Below, piece by piece: positions 54,057 to 64,000 of a stretch of DNA of 64,000 nucleotides. Source of the DNA: the human T2T-CHM13v2.0 reference genome, Homo sapiens; assembly GCF_009914755.1 (NCBI RefSeq), contig NC_060945.1; one strand, 5' to 3'. The position numbers and the translations under genes are program-made. Position 1 is the first letter of the stretch. Each line of letters opens with the position of its first letter. The notes beneath the pieces are model-generated. The model saw only the letters and a program-made list of their open reading frames with translations, had not been told where the DNA came from and made no database searches.

Positions 54057-54351
54057 CTTTTCTTTTTTGAGATGGATTTTCCCTCTTGTTGCCCAGGCTG
54101 GAGTGCAATGGTGCGATCTCGGTTTACTGCAACCCCCTGCCTCCCAGGTTCAAGTGATTCTCCCGCCCCAGCCTCCTGAGTAGCTGGGATTAGAGGCATG
54201 CCCCACCATGCCCAGCTAATTTTGTGTTTTTAGTAGAGACGGGGTTTTTCCTTGTTGGTCAGGCTGGCCTTGAACTCCTGACCTCATGTGATCCACCTGC
54301 CTCGGCCTCCCCAAGTGTTGGGATTACAGCTGTGAGCCACTGCCCTGGGCC
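54057..54351 (-). mobile_element. AluS (Sq-like)
   Basis: ctcttgttgcccagg, antisense dimer. Confidence 0.87.
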
Positions 54352-55289
54352 ATTTTTTTTTAAAGATAGCGTCTTGCTCTGTCACCCTCCTCACCACATT
54401 ATAGCTCTGGGGGCCAAGCTGCATCACAATGGAAATCATGGAGCCACAGGAAGAATCCACTTAGCTTTGCAAGATGCTGCCCAAGGGGTTGCTTGGAGTA
54501 ACCAAATTAACATTTTTCATTCTGCTCAGAGCAAAATATATGTGACAAAACATAGACACGAGCCACTTTGCTTAGCACCCAGTGTCAAACTGGTAAGACT
54601 CAAACTTGCTCCCAGATATGCCGTGCCATCTCTAAATCTTTTTAGAAGCTTCTGCATGTTAATAGGCATCCCTAGATGAGACTAATTTGGGAGCCATCAT
54701 TTTTAAATGCACTTCAGGGCATTATTCATTTGGAATGTTACACTATAAGTTATCTTTAGTAAGATTTTGCCATTTCTGTAAGACTTTGCTGCTTCCCAGG
54801 CCTAATGAATTAGCCAGAAAGAACTTAGTTTTCCAGAAATTAAGGATCCTATTTTTACCTAATATATTGGCTTTACTCTCAGGCTCCCTTGATTGACTTA
54901 GCCAATGATTTTCTTTCCTACCTAAGCGTGTGAGGAAAATGAAACAAAGGGGCAGAACACAAAAATCCCCGTGAATTTCCAAAAGCCAAATTTTACAACC
55001 CTCCAATATTATCATTTACTACCACTTTCCTTCTGACCCATTCAGATGTAGGAGGCCTCTAACTGGAACTGGATTCAAGCCAGTTAATTACTGGATCAAA
55101 TCTGATCCTGGGCCCGGTCCCGTTTCTGTCATAACTTCTAAAACATCCAGCCAGTCATGGCTGGATAGCAGTTTGGAACAGAAATTTGCTCAGAGAAACT
55201 CAGCTCAAAACACAAATTCATGGAGCTCTGAAATCCGAGAGAGAATTTACCACGATCCCCAGATGCTCTGAGAGGTCAAAGGGCACAAG

Positions 55290-56551
55290 TGTTACAGAAT
55301 CCTGAGGCGTCACTTTTCTGCCTGAAACCTCTGGCTGGTGGCACCTTTACCTGTGTTTTGCTCGGGCCCACTGGGTTCGTTCTGTCCACTCGGCTCATGC
55401 TAGTGGTCTGGATCCCACACCTGCCAAGGGTGAGCTGGGTACAGAGCAGTGAAGGGTGTGTGAGCAAGCGAGCATGGGATCTGGTCACTGCACACAGCCA
55501 AGCATGCCAGCTGCAGTGGGGTGGGCAGCTCCAGGCACCGCCACAGGTGCCAGCTCCCTGTGAGGCTGCAGCTGGACCAGGCTGACTGCAAACAGCTTCC
55601 ACTGTGGGTATCAGGGAATGCAGCGGTGCCTGGAAGCTTCGAGATGCAGGAACTGCAGAGCCCCAAATAAGGTGTCACAGCCCTGGCTTGGGGAGCTCCT
55701 AGGTCTGGGCTCCCTGAAGGGCCACAGCTCTTCTCTCCTTCTCTCTTCTCTTCTTCTTGCCTGCAATTTGGCAAGCAAGGGGTGCGTTTCAGCCCTGTTT
55801 ATGTTACACCTCTTTCAGCCCTGCTAGTTGGCAGGTCCCGAGTTCTTGTCCTGAGTCCAGGAAGAATGAGGTATGTGGGCAAGTAGAAGGTGAGCAAGGT
55901 GAAGAGGTGCTTTATTGAGCAACAGTACAGCTCAGAGGAGACGTGCAGTGGGTAGCTCCTTTCGGCAGGCAGGTCATCCCAATGTCTGTTCAGCTCTCAG
56001 CAGCTGAGAGAGATGCATGGTGGTTAGCTATGCCCACAGTGCCCAGGCTTTTCGAGCTGAGGAGTGCCTTCAAGCCAGTGCTGAGCCACTCTTAGCCCCA
56101 CCTCAACGTCCCTCCTGTGCTCATCAGTTCCCAAAGTGTGGAGGGGGCCGAGGTGGCAGGGGACTGGCATGTCAGCACTGCCCTGAGCTTGCACAAACTG
56201 GGCTGGGTTGCGACTGTGCCTGGGTTCAACCTCAATTTGGATCCGAAGTTGGAGTGGGCTCTGGGAGCGGAGACATGCCAGGTGGTGGGAGCAGGTATGA
56301 CTGGGCCTGCGGGGGCAGGGGGGCTTGCTGGGCCTCTGAGAGTGCAAAGATGCCCGGGTTTGCTGTCATGGGTGGATGGCTGCAGCTGTGCCTGGGAGGG
56401 TGGGGCTCCTGCCTGCCAATTTAGAAGGGGTGGGTCTCCCACCTGTTCCTGGCTCCCACTAACTTTGAGGAGTTCACAGCCCCAGCCACTCCTCCCCACT
56501 GCAGCCAGTGTCTCCGTAGCAACTGCTCCACATGGGCCACTGCTGCCATCA
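55290..56551 (-). mobile_element. MER52-type LTR inserted in the MER57 leader
   Basis: Minus strand TGATGGCAGCAGTGGCCC...GGATTCTGTAACA; GC-rich; TSD not clearly conserved. Confidence 0.75.
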
Positions 56552-56671
56552 TAGAGCGGTCCTTGCAGGTGCCTTTCTTGTACCTCAGCACTCCTGGGGG
56601 TCATTAGAAGCCCTAGCAACACTGCTCACCACACTATAGCTCCGGAGGCCCTAGCAGTCCTGCTCCCACAG

Positions 56672-56689
56672 ATCCCACTTCTGACACCA
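56672..56689 (-). promoter_or_regulatory. Primer-binding site, tRNA-Leu(CAA)
   Basis: Minus strand TGGTGTCAGAAGTGGGAT, complementary to the tRNA-Leu 3' end ATCCCACTTCTGACACCA. Confidence 0.88.
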
Positions 56690-56691
56690 TC

Positions 56692-57168
56692 TATTAAAAG
56701 AAAATCTTCAGCTGAATTAAATTTAAAGGAACTTAATTGAGCAATGAATGATTCACGAATCAGGCAGCCCCCAGAATCACAGCAGATTCGGTGAGACTCC
56801 AGCACAGCTACATGGTGGAAGATTTATAGACAATAAAGGGAACGTGATGTACAGAAATCTGAAGTGAGGAGTGAGGTCCAGAAGCAACTGGGTCCGTTAC
56901 AGTTCTCAGCAGTGAGGTCCAGAAACAACTGGACTGGTTACAGTGCTCAGCATTTGCCTTATTTGAACACAGCTGAACACTCAGCAGTGTGTGAGTGGCA
57001 GAAGTTTAGCTGTTGGGATTGGCCAGGACTCAGCTATAGTTACAGGTGCATACTCCAAAGTTAGGTTATCAGTCTTTCTACCTATTAAGTTAGGTTGCAG
57101 TTTGTCCACAGGGACTCAAATCTAGAAGTACAGAGTCCTTCCCAGGCCATATTTAGTTCACTGTAACA
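56692..57168 (-). mobile_element. MER57-type 5' LTR
   Basis: Homologous to 42922-43320; carries an internal ~39-bp duplication near 56870-56950. Confidence 0.85.
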
Positions 57169-57571
57169 GTTCCTATTATGACCTCACTGACAGTTCTTTT
57201 TCTCTGAATTTTCCTTTCTTCTCAACAGCTTGTCCAAATGTTCCATTGGTCCCTGTTCATCCCGCCCTGCAGCTCTCCTTGACTGATTCTGCCCTTTGTG
57301 GTTTGCAGTCCTGTTTCTCTACAGCTTGGACCCCTTCAATCTTTCCATCATAGGTTTAACTCTCTGTTGAATTCTTATTTGTAGCTACACAAATGTTACC
57401 TTAAGCTAAAAAAATTCAAAGTGAAAGCCACATCCTCCTCTCTTCCCTTATGTGTATGGTATTACTACCATGCAGCCAGTGACCCAAAATGGGATTTTTT
57501 CTGGGCTTTTCTTGCTTAGATTCAGGCTCATCTGGTGTCAAGCCTTGTTACTTTTGTTTCCTTGTTCTTTT

Positions 57572-57873
<302 letters not shown>

Positions 57874-58609
57874 TGCTTGTTGTTTTCATCTCATCCTGAT
57901 TTCTGAATACAGGAGAGGAGCTGAGTTGGTGTTCACTAACAAGCACAGAAGCTTTGTTACATTTACAGTGTCATTCTTGGCAAAACCTGAATGGTATGTT
58001 TGTGGGGTGATGAGGTTCAGTCCCCTGTGACCTGTGCATCTGGCCAACACTGTGGTGACATCCTTAGGAATCCATGGGGAGAGACAAAGCATTCAGGAGT
58101 TAGTGGGTCACGTTTGACAAGGGCCAATAAAGAAATATGCAAAGACAAAAAACAAGAAGAACATTATCATATTTTATACCTTTTGTTTATATAAATTTAT
58201 GTCAATGATTCTAGCTTATGTTAATATGCAATGTATACAATATGCTAACATATACAATATATGTTTATAGTTTAAACATTTCTGTCATGTTTTCAGATTC
58301 TTTAAAGATTATATTACACTTCCTATTTCAGATAGCTGTTTAAAATGAGTAAGGAAAAACGGATGTGTGCATCAGTTCTAACTGTTTATGGACTAAAACT
58401 AGTTGATTTCTTGGTTAAGAACAAAAAGTGACAACCTAATTAACTGAAAATTTTAAGTAGGCAATTATGGTTTTAGCTTTAATGTAAAATATTAACTATG
58501 CTCCATTCTTGCATTTTTAACCTAATACTCATTATAAATCGCCACATGCCATGTTTCAGATCAAGGTTCTACTTGTGATCTCTCATGAGTTTTTCAAGGT
58601 TTTAATTAT

Positions 58610-60665
58610 CTGAGATGTAACAATGTACCCGTAACCTTACTGGCTTAAACCAGGAATTTATTCTTTTTACATGTCACAATTTTCTGGGTCAAGACACTGG
58701 ACAGAGCGGTGTGGGTTGGTTGCTTCATGATGTCCCTGGTCTCATCTGGAAGGACTCTAGTGGCTGGAGATGTGAAGCAGGCACCCAGAAGGACTCTAGT
58801 GGCTGGGGACACGGAGCAGGCACCCAGCCCTCTCTTTGTGGCCAGCACGGACTTCCTTCCAGTCTGGTAGCATCAGGTAGTCAGGTTTGTCTGGCTTCTC
58901 CCAGGGTGTGTGTCCAAGAGGCCCAGGCAGAAGCTGTAAGGTCTCTCATGATCATCCCTCAGAAGTCCCAGAGCATCTCTCCTGCCACACTGGCCAGTTG
59001 TACTCATCACTGAGACCAGCCATGATTCAAGGGGGAAAGGTGATTAGATTCCACCTCTTGATGAGAAGCATAGTAGGAACCTGCAGCAGTCTTTAATAAA
59101 CCACAGCTTGTCCTCTGGCCACAAACTATTAACGTTTCTCCCACATGCAAATTATGCTTTGCCCCTCTCAAGAGCCCCAGAATGGTTTTCCTTATGGCAC
59201 TGGCTAGTAGCCCAACTGAATCCTGAATCAGGTTGTGGTGGCTTGTCATCTGCACCCACACACACTCAGCTGCAGTGAGGACTGAATCAGGTTGTGGTGG
59301 CCTGTCATCTGACCCCCCACACACAGCCACAGTGGGGACTGAATCAGGTTGTTGTGAGCTATCATCTGAGCCCACAAACTCAGCCGCAGAGAGGGGACTG
59401 CTGTGAAAACAGTCGACATTTCCCTTTAGAAGCTTTGGTGGGAGGGAAGAGGGAAGTGCTGCTCTGCAGGCCCCGTCTAACAGTTGGCCATTCCCATGGG
59501 GCGCCTGTTACAGTTCTGTGATTAGTGCCCAGTCCTGGTCCCTGAAAACGGCGCCCAGTCCTGGTCCCTGAGAATGGTGTTTGTGTCCTTTTACTCCTCC
59601 CTCTGGGCTTTTGTCATTCTCCATGTTCTTTTTCCTTCAGTGCCTGGGTTGCCGTTGACCAGCTTTCCCTGCCTTTTTCTTATGGTCAATAGGGTATTCA
59701 ATGGCTTCTTTTTCATTTTTTTTCCTTTTCTTTTCTTTTCTTTTTTTTTACTTTGGCCTTTTGAGACAAGAAATTATTTCTTTATATTTTCTCTAAATTC
59801 TGTTTGAAAACTGAACCTTCTTCTTTAGATCATGTCCCTCTCCTGTCATATTTATTCAGTGACAGTTAGGGGAGGCTGGTAGCACTTTCCATGTTCTTCC
59901 CAGATGTCTCCTTAGGCAGATCCCTGAGATGGTGCAGTGCCCTTTCAGTTTCCATGTTGTGGCCATAGTTTTCCCACAGTCCCTCAGCAAGTAACTCTCA
60001 GACCTTTTCTCCAGTTTCCAATGACATTTTCTCACCGTCCTTCAGGCCCTGACCAAGAGTCTTGATGCCCTTCCAGGTTGCATGAATGGTCTCCTTGAGG
60101 CCCAGTTACAGGTCAGCCTCACAGTCGTGTCACATATTGTAGCTTCTGATTACCACAGCAGCTCATTTCCAGCTGCCATATTCTGTTCCAGTTATCTATT
60201 CTGAAGTAAAACAACTCATTATTACTTGTTTTTTGGCTTAGAGAGTCTTGGTGGCCAGCTCATCTCACACACAGTTGCAGCCAAGCTGGATTGTGTGAAA
60301 GCACAGTGGGGTGGTGTGCAGGGTGGCTCACTAGTGGTTGGGAGTGGATGTTGCTGGAGGCTCACTAGTTGTTGGGAGTCGGTGTTGCTGGAGGCTCAGT
60401 GGGGGATGTCAATGCGTGTAGCTAGTCATGGACTGGCCTTGTGGTTTCCATCATGAGGTCTCAGGGGAGTGGGATTTCCTGCCTGGTGACTGGCTTTCTC
60501 CTGGGTAAGTGTTCTGTTTTCTCAGCCTGGCTTCTGAAGTCCCCAAATACCAGCTTTGTCACCTTCTGTTGGCCAAATAAGTCAGTAGTCTGGTCAAGGT
60601 TTAAGGGGAATTGGTTCTCACAGAGAGAGGAGCAGGAAAGAATTTGTCACCTTTAGTCTACCAGA
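58610..60665. mobile_element. Cluster of old MaLR (MLT1-like) LTR fragments
   Basis: ggcttaaac..atttatt..tcacaattttctgggtcaag, tagattccacctcttgatgagaag motifs; boundaries approximate. Confidence 0.5.
59223..59400. repeat. Tandem repeat, ~58-bp unit x3
   Basis: ctgaatcaggttgtggtggc.tgtcatctg..cccacaca..cagc..cagtg.gga repeated. Confidence 0.85.
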
Positions 60666-61479
60666 AATGATATTTTTATAACAAGTTTATTCCAAATACA
60701 TTCCAGTTCCCCTTGTGAATACTTTTTTGACTCACAGGGTATTTCAAAGTTTATTACTTGGTTTTCAGACATTTGAGGCTTTTCTGGATATCAATTTGTT
60801 GTTGGTTTCTAATTTAATTTCAAGTGTTCAGACAACATCCTTTGTATACTATTTCAGGCTTGAACCTTTTCTCAATCCATCGACATACAGTCTATCTTGG
60901 CACTGCCAAGTACCATTTGGGTAAGGATTTTGTCATTTAGATCCGTATTTTTCCTATATTTTTATCTGGTTGTTCCGTCAGTTACTGAGAGAGCAGTATT
61001 AATTCACCAGCTATAATTTTGGATTGTCAATTTCCTGCTTTTGTTCTGTTGTTTTTGATTCACATACTTTGAGGCTCTGTGTGTGTGTGTGTGTAGTTTG
61101 TGTGCACTTTGAGGCGCAATTTATAATTGTAACATCATCCTCTCTGATTCTTTTATTTTTATTAAATTACCCTGTTTATTTCTGGTGATATATTTTGTTC
61201 TGAAGCCTCTTTAATCTAGTGTTAACATCTCTGTTGAAGCTTTTTATGATTAGTGTCTGGATAGCATATTTTTATGTTTAGCATCTGCATAGCATATTTT
61301 TTCTCATACTTTGTGTCTTTGTGTTTAAATTGTGTCTCTGTGGATGCCATATTGTTGGGTCTTGCCTTCCTCTCAGGTCTGGCAGTCTCTGTCTTAAGTA
61401 GAGTATTTGTCCACTTACATTGTAACTAATCATTGCTAAGGTTGGATTTAGGTCTGCCATTTTTCTACTTATTTTCTAT

Positions 61480-61778
61480 TTGTTTGTTTATTTTTTTTTA
61501 AGACAGGGTCTTGTTCTGTCACCCAGACTGTAGTGCAATGGTGCAATCTTGGCTCACTGCAACCTCTGCCTCCCAGGCCCAACCAATCCTCACTTGAGCC
61601 CCCTGAGTAGCTGGGACTACAGGTGCATGGCACCACACCTGGCTAATTTTTATATTTTTGTAGAGATAGGGCTTTGCCATGTTGCACAGGCTGGTCTTGA
61701 ACTACTGAGCTCAAGCAATCTACCCACCTTGGCCTCCCAAAGTGTTCAGATTACAGGCATGAGCCACCATGTCTGGCC
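61480..61778 (-). mobile_element. AluJ
   Basis: Antisense diverged Alu. Confidence 0.85.
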
Positions 61779-61888
61779 TTCATCTGTCTTTTGATCTTCT
61801 ATATATTCTTTCCTAACTTCTTTTGGGTTAAATATTTCTAAATATTCCAGTTTGATTAATCTTTTGGCTTTTGGAAATAATTTTTTAT

Positions 61889-62187
<299 letters not shown>

Positions 62188-64000
62188 TTATAAATAATTT
62201 ATAATTTCGAATTTTGGTAACAAACACATACCTTAAAATTTACCATCATAACCAGTTGTAAGTATACAGTTTTGTAGAGTTAAGAATATTTACATTGTTG
62301 TGTAGCAGATTTCTAGATTTTTTTTATCTTAGAAAACTCTATACCCATTCAACAACTATTAATTTCCCCTTCCTTCCACCTCCTGGCAAGTACTATTCTA
62401 CTTTGTGTTTCTAAAAATTTGGCTTATATACCTAGGGTTATATAATATTTGTTTTTTAAGTAGGTTCCATGTTATGTGCAGATGTGTCAGGATTTTCTTC
62501 CTTTCTATGGCTGAATAATATTTCTTCATATATATATATTTTCTCTCTCTATATATATATGTATATTCTTTTGTTTATCCATCTATTCCTGGATGGACGT
62601 TTTGGTTTCTTCCACCTCGTGGCTATGTAATGCTCCTGTGAACATAGGTGTGCACATATCTGTTTGAGGTCCTGCTACTAGTTATTCTGTCTCTGTAGAA
62701 GTTGGATGGCTGGATCATATGGTCATTTTATTTTATTTTTTTGAGGAGCCAGTTAATATTTCCACCAACAGTGTTCAAGTGTTTCAGTTTCACCTGCACT
62801 TGTTACTTTCTGTTGGGTTTGAAGTGATGTCCCATTGTGGTTTCTATTTGCATTTCTCTAATGATTAGTGATGTTACACATCTTCTCATATATCTCATGT
62901 ATCTGTTGGCTATTTGTATATCATCTTTGCATCTTTGGATGAATGTTCTTTGTCCATTTTTTAATCACTTTATTTTGTTGTGTTGTAGCTGGGTTTTTTG
63001 GTCATGAGCATTCATTTATCTCACAGTTCATTCTTGTTACTTGGGCCAGGGTCATGATCATTCATTATCTCTCAGTTCATCCTCATTACGTTGGGCAAAC
63101 AGTCATGCTGCAGGGTATAGATTATGTTATTCTGTTACTTTCAGGTAGAATTGGGGTCTAGGTTCTAATTGTTTCTAAGTTTAGATTCTGAATGAGAATC
63201 AGCAGAGGTAGACCACTGCTGCTGAGGCCTGGGGATTGCTGGGAAAAAGGCAGGAAACAGATACTGACCTGACCATGGAGGGTTTATGTTTCACGGCTCC
63301 CATCTGGGTACCCAAGGAACCTACATGTAGCTCGTGTGTGGAGAGCCTACATTGCCCACTCAAAGCAATTGAGGATGGAACAGTCTTGGGGCTGGAGCTC
63401 ATTATTTGGAATGATAACCACATCTGCACAGAGAGGACCTGATAAGATGTTGTCCTTCCATGTATATCTGGGAATCCTGTGTAGGGTCTCTCTGTAAGGA
63501 CAGGGGCAGTGTTGGCTCCTTGGCCTCTAGTTAGCTTCACAAGTAGTCTAGTAAAGGCTTTGCAAACTTGTCACCATCTGTGGACATTCTGGCCAGCTCT
63601 TGTTTTCACCCTACTGACTTCTTCAGACACTAGGCTTTTGCTTTAGACCATTCATGGTTTTCTTCCTCTTCAAATCAGTAATCAATAAATCGCCTTCAAG
63701 TCAATAAATTTCCACTCCTTTAGGAAACCCTGATCTTCTGGTCACACCAAGGTTTAATTAACTGGTTTGATTGTTTTTCTGTTTTCTTGGATTTTTTTTC
63801 CTTCTTCCTGGGGGTTTCTAGTAATTCTAGTTTGATGTCTCACTTTCTCCATTTTTTATTTCTTAGTTTTCTTCTGTGATTATTTTCACTGCAGCTGCAG
63901 GGCCTAATCCTGGGTTGGCAGAGAACTAGCACTTACTCTGCCCTAATTGGAATCCAGGAGATATAGCAGGTTCCCTAGTGTGAAAATGTGTTTGCTCCTC

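Noticed and set aside
55276-56622. Multiple 100-176 aa ORFs
   Set aside because: They fall in the GC-rich MER52 LTR on both strands and have no protein features.
56672-56689. tRNA-Leu gene
   Set aside because: Only the 18-nt 3' match next to an LTR; it is a PBS, not a cloverleaf.

Overview
Primate, almost certainly human, genomic DNA: it carries AluYb11-type and AluYd8 elements, subfamilies known as human-specific. I found no credible cellular protein-coding gene, RNA gene or CRISPR array. The window is a dense, nested mosaic of retroelements: old L1M/L1PB fragments; a HERV-K(HML-1) LTR-gag-pro stub continuing directly into a deleted HERV-K(HML-3) provirus; a MER4-group ERV1 internal region with an env remnant, hosting an L1PA7-like element whose 5'UTR intron has been spliced out (SpIRE); an orphan CpG-island housekeeping-type promoter at ~38.8 kb; a solo LTR6 carrying an AluYb11; and a complete MER57-type provirus (both LTRs, PBS-Leu, GTTC TSD) containing a ~35-bp VNTR, a full-length L1PA3-like element (129-bp ZNF93 segment retained, ORF0 open) and a MER52 LTR. 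There are about 26 Alus. Several junctions show template-switch signatures, which suggests a segmental-duplication mosaic (inference). Subfamily names come from remembered consensus diagnostics, not a RepeatMasker run. I did not find a novel protein-based biological system; the most interesting signals are structural and regulatory.
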